Shown: piece after piece, positions 45,825 through 56,600 of the stretch
How positions within the stretch are numbered: the stretch's first letter is position 1
Layout: the number at the start of each line of letters is the position of its first letter
Assembly: GCA_946965045.2 (NCBI GenBank)
Contig: OX337235.1
Coordinates: 3,162,001 to 3,226,000 of the forward strand
Source of the DNA: Epithemia pelagica
Taxonomy: Eukaryota; Protista; Bacillariophyta
Direction: 5' to 3'
Length of the DNA: 64,000 bases
The notes under the pieces: model-generated
Databases searched by the model: none
Seen by the model: the letters and a program-made list of their open reading frames with translations, nothing else
What the model was told of the DNA's origin: nothing
Made by a program: the position numbers and the translations under genes

Positions 45825-47432
45825 GTTTTGTCTTTGCTCATTGTCGACAGAGCATTGGGAGAGGCGGACATTCTAGTTTCAGAAGTGTCAATCTTCTCGT
45901 TTCGTCCAGTGGCTTCCAAAGGCACCGAAGACAACACAAGGCCACCACAGAACAAAGGGGTTTGATTCGAATGTTCCGACAAGACGAAATTGAGAATATC
46001 TGTCCTGTCGACAAAAAAAATGAGAGGTCTTGCGTTGAAACAAAAATGAAGGTCGCTTATGGATCGCTTTTCATCTTGCAGAGCTCTTTCGAACTTTACT
46101 CGAAACAGCACGCAGAGGCAGAGACTCGGCGTGGAGCTCGAACGAAATCCTTGGAGCCCTTTGCCATGAAAGGACGTTGATCGAAGTGACACGATCTGAA
46201 CCATTCTCGATGAGTAGTTCTTCGATCGAGCTCGATCGACGTCCCACGATTGAGAGAAAGTTCTTCGAGCGAGTTCGATAGAAATCGATAGGAACGGGAC
46301 TACTTGTACTATGACTACTCTACTCCTACAAGACAGACAATCGCTACGGCTGTTTTGGTGGACGCCATAGAGCTCGATGGAGTTCGTTTGAGCTTTTGGG
46401 ATTTGGCTCGTTAGTTTTCGAGCGAGCTCGTTCGAACTCAGAGGACTGATCTTAATGGGACTATTCGGGGCTCGCGCGCGAATGCCGAAGCCGAAACCCA
46501 TCAGAACACCGAACAGAATTTTCGGCAATCGTTCGCAGGAGGTACTGTTGGCGATACAGTGGCTTCGGAGACCCACCACTGCCTTCCTGAATGACTCACG
46601 CGACTGACACGTTCAGTCGCGTAGAGGGCCGTTGGAGTTGGAGAGGTCCACACGCACGCACGAGATCGACTACCACGTGGTGGAACTCCAGAAAGTGCAC
46701 GGTAATCTTCAATCGTTGACGTTCGCCGGCCTTGATCGCGACCGATCGCGAGCACGCCGTCGAAGGAGCCGTTTCGCGCTTCAAGTGCGACATTTTTACT
46801 TTAATCCGACGTTACAGTAGATAAGGATTGCAGCTGCAATGACGTCATACTATCCTCGATCGTCAGTTGGATCGATGCGTGGAGAACCCGGAAGCTCTGA
46901 GAATTTTGAGGAGGTTGCCCCCGCAGCGCGCGACCACACGAATCTTGTGGTGTAGAGACCGTCGGAACTTGGAACACTCTCTGTCCGTACCGAGTGGATT
47001 TGCGAAGCCCGCGGGCAAAAGCCCTAAAAAAGACAGAAGACACACCGTATAGATTACGATTATTTACGATTCCTCCTCGCTTCTTGTTTTTCCTCGCACG
47101 TTTTTTCGCTTGGTTTGGCAACCACCCAATATCAACGACCACGTTGGTTGTAGGTGACGACAAGCCATCAGCATCTCTCTTCCAATCATCCTCCAAACCA
47201 AGCACAATCATCGCTCTCTTTTTGTTGCCTTCCTTTGGTACACACCACGTGTTGCCGTCTGGTTAGACATTAATTGCAACGGAAGCAACATTCCTCACAC
47301 GGCAACGATTGCACCACCACCAAGATCGGTCGAGAGTTGGATTCTTTTCTCTTTGCTTTTTGATTTCTTGTTTGTTTCGAATCTCTCAAGACATAGCCAC
47401 CAGTCGTTCTGGTTTCTTACTTGGAAGGAAGG

Positions 47433-50400
47433 ATGGATCCAACCATGATGGACCGAAGAACCGAACCGCAAGACAATTGGCAAGCAACTTCTTCCTGGCT
47501 GGAAGATTCTTCTTCTTCTTCTCCAGGGATGCACTCTTCTTCTACTTCTCCGTTGCGAATTGTGGATGGACATGACTCGTCGGCACAACAACAGCAATTC
47601 GTTTCGGTTCTTTCCTCGCAACAACAAGAACATGAGCAACCACCGAAAAAGGAAGAACTTCCGCTTTTGGAATATCCAAATACGCTGATGGATGCTCCTA
47701 TTGCGCCCTTGAAGCACGCTGCACCAACGTCCATGGAAGGTTGTCAAGAAATCTTTGTCGGTGGTGGATGGGGAGGTGTCTACAGTTTTTATCGTCGCGT
47801 ATTGGATGGCATGGTGCACAATCAAAGTGCCTCGCAGTATTGTTTGATGGTAGAAGGGGAGCGTTTGGGAGGTCGAACCTATTCGGTAACCGTACCCCGT
47901 CGGTATACCTCCTCGGATCAATTTGTGGTGGAAGTGGGACAAGATGGGCAGTTTTCGTCCAATTTACGATTGACTCATGATTTGATTACACAGCAATTGC
48001 AACTGACCACCGCCTGTGTCCACCCCGATTGTGCGACACCCACCTGGTCCGACTTTAATCCTCTTTTGGGATATGCCAAAGAAGAAGAAGGAAGGCAGCG
48101 ACTGGCTTGGTTTTTGCAAACGACCAATTCCACGCAACTGACACCCTTTCGTCGCATTGTCGATGCTACGACTGGAGTACCCTTGGGCATGGAAACAGCC
48201 TTGGATCAAATGGTGGAAACGTGTCGTCTTTTGGGAGCACGTGTGTTTGACCATACCAAATTGGTTCAACTCCACGTGATTCGGCAACCAAGCACCCCGC
48301 AAAAGACGGTGGAACTCGTCTTTGAACATGCCAAGACGGGGCATCAAACCACCGTAACGAGTAGTAGTAGTAGTATTAGTGCTAGTCCGAGTGGCTTGGC
48401 GACCAAGAAAAAGGACTTGAAGATGACGAAGAATGCGCAAGTGGTGGTGTTGAATCTCCCTCGTTCCGACTTGTTTCAAATCCAAGGTGTGGAAAAGGCC
48501 TTGTTGAATCCTCGTACGGCCAACATTTTGAAATGCCATGTGGACGATCCACCTTCGGCCGTCGTGGGACGTGACCGTGCCGTACAATTGTGGCATCAAC
48601 ACCAACAACAATTTCACGCCACGGCCGGCAAGGCCTACTTGTATTATCCACAGGCCTGGTGGAAGACTGCTTCCTTTTCCTCGCTCATGTCATCGTCCAA
48701 CCACACAACCACTACATGGCCACTGCAAACCAATTCGGATTGGGACACAACAGCTCTGTGGGGTGGTGCCATTCAAACGCGACAAGGTGTCTTGCTCAAG
48801 GTGAATTGGCACAATGGACCGGTGGCATGTTCGGGTGATGACAATGGCCAACACTGTCATGGATTTTTGGAAATATTTTCCTCCCCCTCGAGCAATGAAA
48901 CCTTTTATTCCTCTCTTCCGGCCGCCACTTTATGGGAAACGGACGACGACGACAACAAGAAGAAGAAGGATAAAGTGGACCCCCTCGGCATGGTATGGGT
49001 ACAAGACAGTCCTCATGCCAAACAAGAATTGGGATGGATTCATGAGGCATTAATGGAATCGCTGGCACCTCTTGTTGGGACCACGGAGTGGTCACACGAA
49101 GTAGAACCACCGGTGGGCTTGGTGGTGGGCATTTGGCAACGACCCGCCGACCATGACGACGACTACAAAAACAATAACAAGGGATGGACGAATCCTACCA
49201 AGGTAATTTACGATCCCAGTCTATCGGGAACCTTGGATCAAGCCTGTGGAGTACCTGGATTGACACCGGAATCCTATCAACGGACAGCCTTGCAACCCTT
49301 TGGGTTAAGCAATGGCGACGTGGATGGACAGTTTTTGTTCTTGATTAACAATGACTTTGTCAGTACTCAAGCACAAGAGTATTATGGTGATTGGGCCGAA
49401 GAATCCTTGATTCAAGCCGAACGAGCCATGCATATCATGGGAATGTCCTTGCCCGCTTGGTTGCAAACGGATTATAATTTGAGTCCCCGACATCACTCCC
49501 ATGGTACAACCATTGTGTCCACAACACCCTCCTCCGAGGGCATGTCCGATATAGTCACCTTGCTCTTGGTGTTAAGTGTCATTGTTTCGCTCATGGCCTT
49601 TGTCATGGAAGTAACACGTCGACGAGAACCTCGTGTGGTGGATGTTCCCAAGAAACTACCCGGCAAGGATGACGCCGTCAAAAACACGGATGACGACGAT
49701 GATGATGACGCTGACAAGGTGATTGTTATGTCTTCGGCGGCTCACAAAAAGGGCTTGACATCAGGGCATGGAACAGCCATTTCCTATTTTGGTGAAGTGG
49801 ATGAAACGGATTTGAATACGGAATTCAATGCCGGATCCAAAGATGGTGGCACCGAAGAAGATGTCGACAGTGGCAGCAGCACGGAAGATCATTCGCATCG
49901 ATTGAATTTGTTTCAATTGCACAATATTGCCATTCCAGTCAGTTACTGTGTCTGTGGTACGACGGGTGGTATGTTTCGTACCTTCATGAATGTGTATCCC
50001 CTCGACATTGGGGCCAATGAAGCCCAGCAGACGACGTTCATGACCCTGGCAGCCTTGCCGGCTACCTTTAAGATTTTGTACGGTTTCACGTCCGATACAA
50101 ACCCCCTGTTTGGATATCGTCGCAAACCGTACTTGTTTTTGGGTTGGTTGACTGCGTCGGCCGGCATGTGGTGGCTGCTCATGACATCGGACTTGAGCCT
50201 ACAACGAGAAGAACAAACGATTCTTGAAATTGATGAAAATGGTGTGGAACATGAAGAGACTCATCAGGTAGTTATTGTGCCGGAGAATGCACCAAGCCTC
50301 TTTCGGTTGTGTTGCTGTTTCTTTTTGTACGGCTTTGGTATGTGGTTTGCCAATGCCATGGCCGATGCCTTGGTTGCCGAAAAGGCCAAGTTTGAACCCG

Positions 50401-51386
50401 AAGCTGTACGAGGATCCTTGCAATCGACGTGTTACCTCATGCGATTCTTTGGACTCATGGTGGCGGCTCCGGTTTCGACCTTTTTGTATTCCAAGGTGGG
50501 ACCTCAAGTGATTGTCCAATGCATTGCCGTTATTCCATGCTTTGTACTACCACTCACTTGGTGGTTGGCCGAGGTTCAAGTAGCGGTCCGACCAGTCAAG
50601 GAACAATGTATGGAAATTTGGAGAACCGTGTGTTCACGGTCCGTGTGGGAACCCATGGCCTTTTTGTACTTGTTCAATGTCTTACAAGTCAGCAATGCGG
50701 CCTGGCGTCAATTCCTGGTCACTGTCCTGGGATTTTCTCCCGCCAACCTCAATACTCTGTTGGTGGTATCCTATGTCTTGGTCTACTTGGGCACTACCTT
50801 GTACAAGTATTGCTTGCTACATACCAGTTGGAGATTGATCTATCAGTGTTGTCTGGTCTTGAATCTTATATTCTCGTCATTGCAACTCCTCCTTATTCGA
50901 GGCCACACGTTTGGTATATCTCCTTTCCTCTTTGCCTTGGGCGACGACGCCTTTGCCGAATTTCTCAATGGTATTCAATTCCTACCGGCCGTGGTCATGA
51001 TGGTATCTCTCTGTCCCACTGGGTCAGAGGGTGTCAGCTATGCCATGTTTACAACCGTCATGCATTCGTCGCATCAGATATCCAACGCTATCAGTTCCTT
51101 GTTGCTGGCCATTTGGGATGTGAGCAAGGAGACGCTATCACGAGGCGAATTGGATGGAATGTTCAATTTGTCGCTCTTGACGACCGCCATTCAGTTTTCT
51201 CCCCTCTTGTTCTTGCATTGGTTACCTCATGGACGCAAAGAATTGGAAGAGCTGTCATTGCGACCCTTTTCGGGCAGTGCCATTGGTGGAGGAGTCTTTT
51301 TGTCTGTTCTCTTTGGTTCCATGACCTTGACCGTGTTTGTTTCCGTCATGAACATTGCTCGACCGGGATGGGCGGGTGAATCATGA
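47433..51386 (+). CDS. Flavin amine-oxidase-like domain + single TM + BT1 (folate/biopterin) MFS transporter fusion, copy 1 (~1317 aa, intronless)
   Basis: IFVGGGWGG (47751) and RLGGRTYS FAD-binding motifs; GDWAEESLIQAER end motif; TM at ~49550-49612; BT1 motifs FKILYGFTSDTNPLFGYRRKPYL, ADALVAEK, FALGDD, LCPTGSEG; one uninterrupted ORF. Confidence 0.88.
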   Translation: MDPTMMDRRTEPQDNWQATSSWLEDSSSSSPGMHSSSTSPLRIVDGHDSSAQQQQFVSVLSSQQQEHEQPPKKEELPLLEYPNTLMDAPIAPLKHAAPTSMEGCQEIFVGGGWGGVYSFYRRVLDGMVHNQSASQYCLMVEGERLGGRTYSVTVPRRYTSSDQFVVEVGQDGQFSSNLRLTHDLITQQLQLTTACVHPDCATPTWSDFNPLLGYAKEEEGRQRLAWFLQTTNSTQLTPFRRIVDATTGVPLGMETALDQMVETCRLLGARVFDHTKLVQLHVIRQPSTPQKTVELVFEHAKTGHQTTVTSSSSSISASPSGLATKKKDLKMTKNAQVVVLNLPRSDLFQIQGVEKALLNPRTANILKCHVDDPPSAVVGRDRAVQLWHQHQQQFHATAGKAYLYYPQAWWKTASFSSLMSSSNHTTTTWPLQTNSDWDTTALWGGAIQTRQGVLLKVNWHNGPVACSGDDNGQHCHGFLEIFSSPSSNETFYSSLPAATLWETDDDDNKKKKDKVDPLGMVWVQDSPHAKQELGWIHEALMESLAPLVGTTEWSHEVEPPVGLVVGIWQRPADHDDDYKNNNKGWTNPTKVIYDPSLSGTLDQACGVPGLTPESYQRTALQPFGLSNGDVDGQFLFLINNDFVSTQAQEYYGDWAEESLIQAERAMHIMGMSLPAWLQTDYNLSPRHHSHGTTIVSTTPSSEGMSDIVTLLLVLSVIVSLMAFVMEVTRRREPRVVDVPKKLPGKDDAVKNTDDDDDDDADKVIVMSSAAHKKGLTSGHGTAISYFGEVDETDLNTEFNAGSKDGGTEEDVDSGSSTEDHSHRLNLFQLHNIAIPVSYCVCGTTGGMFRTFMNVYPLDIGANEAQQTTFMTLAALPATFKILYGFTSDTNPLFGYRRKPYLFLGWLTASAGMWWLLMTSDLSLQREEQTILEIDENGVEHEETHQVVIVPENAPSLFRLCCCFFLYGFGMWFANAMADALVAEKAKFEPEAVRGSLQSTCYLMRFFGLMVAAPVSTFLYSKVGPQVIVQCIAVIPCFVLPLTWWLAEVQVAVRPVKEQCMEIWRTVCSRSVWEPMAFLYLFNVLQVSNAAWRQFLVTVLGFSPANLNTLLVVSYVLVYLGTTLYKYCLLHTSWRLIYQCCLVLNLIFSSLQLLLIRGHTFGISPFLFALGDDAFAEFLNGIQFLPAVVMMVSLCPTGSEGVSYAMFTTVMHSSHQISNAISSLLLAIWDVSKETLSRGELDGMFNLSLLTTAIQFSPLLFLHWLPHGRKELEELSLRPFSGSAIGGGVFLSVLFGSMTLTVFVSVMNIARPGWAGES

Positions 51387-51982
51387 GCAACCGCAGCACT
51401 CGTGAGGGGAGACAACCGACGCGACACACACACAAGTGCCAGGCATGGCCACGGACCGCCGCAGATCCGATCCATTCTGTACAGTATACAACCAACACAG
51501 GAAACAACACCATCGCAGCTACCGCGCGCGCAAGATTTGAAACATGAAAACACACACACACACACTTACAAAAACATGGACTAGCATTTACATGAAGAAT
51601 GAAAAAGATACACGTTATGATGACAGAGCAGAATCGTTTAAGATAAGATAAAGAAAGGAGATTCCATTTGTATGCTAGGATCACAATCTATTATTTGTCA
51701 CCGTATCATTGGCGTTTCGCACATCGGACGAAGAACCAAGAAACTCGATATGGGAGTGAACGCAAACTACACAATACCTCTATCTAGACTAGCTACTCTC
51801 TATGTCGGCGTAGATTTTGAATTTTTTAAAAGTCCGGACTCTGACATCATCGACACAGCATGTCGTCGGATCTTTTGTTCGCCCCGACTGTGTCATCATT
51901 GTCATTGTCATTGTGCTCATCTCTGTGGTTACCTTCATTCAAACGTAAGACACCAATACAAGACAACCAATAGCGGAACAAC

Positions 51983-52768
51983 ATGCTGTCATCCAAGGTT
52001 TTGTTGTTCGTGATTGCGGGCTGTTCGGTCCAGTCGGCGACTTGCTTTCGGCCATCCACTGCGGGTGTCCAGCAGCCTGTCCACACTCCTGGTGTGGAAT
52101 TGTCGGCTGAGGCGGTGTCCTCTCCATCCGTGGCCAGCAGTCGAAAAGAATTTTTGAATGAAACCTCCTTGTTGTCACCGGAAACCAATACCTTTGCCAT
52201 TCCACCGGAACAGCTGGTAGAACGTGCCAAGGAAATCTTGGCCCCTCCCATTCGATTGGGAACGCAAGACGACGGGGAATGTTTGGCCGAGAATTTTGAA
52301 TTTTGTGCCGCCGTCGTGGGGCCAATTGGACGCGACGAATACATTCAAGCCTTGGCGTCGTTTCGTTTGGAGGATTGTTTTGAATTGACGCCCAACTTTT
52401 ATGGCTTTTCCGTCGATCCCTTGCAACCCAACCGTGTCTGGTTCTTTAATCGCGTCCAGGCCACACACAGCAAGGCCGCCTTTCTGGGTGCCAAACCCAC
52501 GGGCAAGGAAATTATCTGTCCCCCGCAAGTGCATCACATGGATTTGAATGAGGAAGGAAAGGTGGTGGAATATGGCTTTTATACAGCCGATCGACGACAA
52601 GGCAATACGGGCGGATTGGGTGGCGCCTTTGCCTTTATGTACGGTGTGGGCAAACCCTTGCCCATTCCCGAATGCCGACCCTACAAACGCTCGTGGCAAT
52701 TCCGAGTCTTGAATCTGTTGGGATGGTTGGGACGACGCCTCCAGAAAAACAAGGAACAAGCCAAATAA
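51983..52768 (+). CDS. Probable plastid-targeted SnoaL/NTF2-like protein (261 aa)
   Basis: Signal peptide ending ...SATC-F; LAENFEFCAAVVGPI...VDPLQPNRVWFF...PTGKEIICPPQ...GNTGGLGGAF pattern. Confidence 0.7.
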   Translation: MLSSKVLLFVIAGCSVQSATCFRPSTAGVQQPVHTPGVELSAEAVSSPSVASSRKEFLNETSLLSPETNTFAIPPEQLVERAKEILAPPIRLGTQDDGECLAENFEFCAAVVGPIGRDEYIQALASFRLEDCFELTPNFYGFSVDPLQPNRVWFFNRVQATHSKAAFLGAKPTGKEIICPPQVHHMDLNEEGKVVEYGFYTADRRQGNTGGLGGAFAFMYGVGKPLPIPECRPYKRSWQFRVLNLLGWLGRRLQKNKEQAK

Positions 52769-53619
52769 CGGAGTGTGTTTCATATAGTAGTCCAATGGAG
52801 ATCTGGTGTGGATTAAGTTAAGGACAACCACACCATTCTATAATTCATGACGCAAACAGCGACAATGATCCCATTATAGATATATGCGTTGTGAGCCTTG
52901 CACTACATTGTTCGATTCAAATACCTGGTTCAGTGTCTTTGCGTTCCCAGGGCTAGAAATGGATTTGTCCAAAGTGGTTGTAAGGCGAAATGAGCCATGC
53001 CACAAGGACAGTATGCGCTCGAACGAGAAGATTTTATGCTACCTACTCGCCATTCGGGTTTCCCGAGTGACGCATGATCATGCATGTCTCGCATGTGTCG
53101 AGGAATACTCTCCTCCAGATTTTCCTGTCATGACTACAACCTCCCATTTGCCGATCGGCTCGGAGCTTGAACTACTTTCCGATGTTATTACTGTGAAACT
53201 TGAAGTCAACTTGATTTCGTTCTTGACAATGCGTTGCGCCACGAGCAACCATTGTATCGGTAGTTCGGCTGGCACAAGAGTAGGTATTCCTTTGAATGGT
53301 GTGGTATCCCCACTAGTTGCTTGAGAGAAGGGCTTCCTACATGGCTATCGCTGAGACTGCAGTTTCTGTTCAATCTCTAGAGTGTTATGTCCTTAGTAGT
53401 GTTCTGTTTGTTTTGGTATTTGCTGTTTGTATACATGTATAGTAAATTGTTTTCGTTTCGTGTTGTTGTATGTTCGTTTGTTGGTCAGTCTGTCGATTGC
53501 GTTTCCTTGTTGTGCTCCTCCTTCATGCGTTGGGTGTATCCGTTGGCATTTGGCATGCATGCATTAGCCACCAGTGTTTCACATAGCGCGCGCGTGTGCG
53601 TAGACATGGAGCTTGTTTG

Positions 53620-56600
53620 TTAGGATCCCCCCGCCCATCCAGGACGTGTAATGTTCAATATCGATACCAGTAACGTAATGGTCATGGAACCAAAAAGGAC
53701 TGTCAAAAATATTCTTCCACCCAAGGCACTGCCAGAATAGGGCCGTGACGCCAGTTCTTCCAATTCTTTCCGACCATGAGGTAACCAATGCATAAAGCAC
53801 AAGGGAGAAAACTGGACCAATGACGTCAACAGTGACAGTTTAAACTGAAAACACATTAACAAAGCAAAGCAGACAAAAGACGACCGAAGCGTTAGAGAAA
53901 TGGCCTCCCATAGTTGGACGACACCACACCAAGCGTGGCAAGAAACGAAATCAAACAACATACCATTCCATTCAGTTTCCCTTGTTCCATAGTTTCCTTG
54001 CTCACGTCCCAAATACCCAACAATAGAGAACTGATGGAGTTGGATATCATCCATGATGAATTCATGACTGGTACATACAAGGAAGAAAACAGATCAAAAA
54101 GTGAGTGTGGGCTTCATCCAACAGTCAGTATCACAAGTGATCGGGAAGATTTACCTGTCGTGAAAGTTGCGTAGCTCACGCCTAAAACAAAAGCATTGCA
54201 AAAGTTCGTGAAGACAAGTCATAAGAACCGTGAGACGTGAATCAACATGGGAGCCAAAGATCGCACGAAATTAGTAGGTCTTCTCTCGTACCTTCAGATC
54301 CCGTTGGACACAGCGAGACCATCATGATCACGGCAGGAAGGAACTGAATCCCATTCAAAAACTCGGCAAAAGCGTCATCTCCCAAGGCAAAGAGAAAGGG
54401 TGAAATACCAAAGGTATGTCCGCGAATCAAGAGCAACTGCATGGACGACAAGATAAGATTTAACACTAAACATCCTTGATAAATCAATCGCCAACTGGTA
54501 TGAAGCAAGCAATACTTGTACAGCATGGTCCCCAAATACACCAGTACATAGGATACCACCAGAAGTGTGTTGAGATTGGCAGGTGTGAAATGCAATACCG
54601 TCACCAGGAATTGACGCCAGGCCGCATTGCTCATTTGCAACAGATTGAACAAGTACATAAAGGCCATGGGTTCCCATACCGACCGAGAACATACAGTGCG
54701 CCAAATCTCGTCACATTGCTCCTTGACGGGTTTTACAGTCACCCGCGGTTCCGCCAAGATGTACAAGAGCGGCAACACCAAACACGGTACCCATACCAAG
54801 CATTGAACAATGATTTGCGGGCCGACCCGAGAATACAAAAAGGTCGAAATGGGAGCCGAAACCATGAGTCCAAAGAAACGCATGAGGTAACAAGTCGATT
54901 GCAAGGTCCCTCGTACAGCTTCTGGTTCATACTTGGCTTTTTCGGCAACCAGTGCATCGGTCATGGCATTGGCAAACCACATGCCAAATCCAAAAAGGAA
55001 GAAGCATGTACTCAATTGCAACAAACTCGGAGCATTGTCCGGAACAATGACAATGTCACGCATGTCTTGCTCATGTTCTTGTCCTTCCATCAGTTCGCCT
55101 TCTCCTAACCCTCCGTCTGCTTCGTCTGTTACGACTCGTCGTTCTCGTACCAAGGTCAAGTCACTTGTGGCCAACAGAGACAACATTGTCATGGAGGCCA
55201 AGAACCAACCCAAAAAGAGGTAAGGTTTACGACGATATCCCATAATGGGATTGGTGTCGGAAGTGAACCCGTACAAGATTTTAAAGGCGGCCGGAAGCGC
55301 TGCCAACGTGGCACAGGTGGTCTGTTGTGCTTCATTGGCACCAATATCCAATGGATAGACATTGAGAAAAGTCCGAAACATTCCGGCCGATGTGCCTCCC
55401 ACCCAATAACTGACTGGAATGGCCAGATTCTGCCATCGCCATAAATTCAAGGCATCCTTCCGCACCGCATCGAGTTCTTCCTCACTGGGTCCCTCACCGT
55501 CCTCTTCCTCTTCTTCTGCCGTGTCGCCCTTTTCTGGTTCAGCTCCTCCCTCCACCAAGAGGTTATTCCTTGACTTTTTGGAACTACTATCATCCCGTGT
55601 CAGATCCATGCCATCAACATCACCAAAGAAGGAGACAATGGAACGACCTTGTGGCTTGATCTTTTGTGATTTGGCTTCTTGTTCCTTTTCTGTTTTTTCT
55701 TGTTGTTGTTCCTCCGGAATGGCATCGGCATTCCAGTGCAACAATTGATCTGCATCCTGTGCCGCGGCACGGCTATACTTTTTATTATTTCCCGGTCGTC
55801 GTCTCCATACTTCATAGACAAACAAACCCAGAGACAAGGCGACGATGGATCCCAAGGCTGCCACGGAGGCAATCGTCATGCCCGGTACGGGTGTTTTCCG
55901 GGTCAAGAATTGTGCGGGATGGACGACATGACGTTGATAATAGTCGGCACTTTTCAACCAGGCTGGTTTCGGTGTCCCCAACAAGTACATGGCACGTTCG
56001 GCTTGCATCAAGGATTCTTCGGCCCAATCCCCCATGGAATGACGAACATTGGTACAAACAAAGTCATTGTTGACGACAAAAATGCGCGGTGTTTCGGATA
56101 CTTGAGTGTTGGTTTTCGTCATGGTCATGAGATTGCGACGACGACGGTTCGTCGTCGTGGTGCTGTCGTCGTCGTCGGGTTCCATGACGGCCGACAATGG
56201 TTGGACATGAAAGGGTTGCAAGACGGTATGTCGATAGGTTTCTTCCGTCAATCCAGCGACACCGCCACAGGCTTGATCGGGTGGACCGGACATGGAAGGT
56301 TCATACAAGACCTTGGTGGGATCCGTCCATCCAACACCGAGTGGATGCTGGTCGTATCGAGGATTGGGACGTTGCCAAATGCCCACCACCATACCCGTGG
56401 GAGGTTCTACCAAGGACCGAGCTTGTTGCAATTCACTTGTGGCATTCCAAAGGGGTGCCAGGGATTCCATGAGAGCCGCATGGACCAATCCCAATTCCAC
56501 TCGGGCATGGGGACTGTCTTGGACCCAAACCATACCCAAGGGATCTTCGAGTTGCGGCAAACTGGTTTCATCTTGCAAATCGGTTGCTGCTGGTAGAGAA

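Noticed and set aside
45821-47300. ORFs of 130-250 aa between the GFA gene and fusion copy 1
   Set aside because: Non-ATG starts, no recognisable motifs and overlapping inconsistent frames; treated as non-coding.
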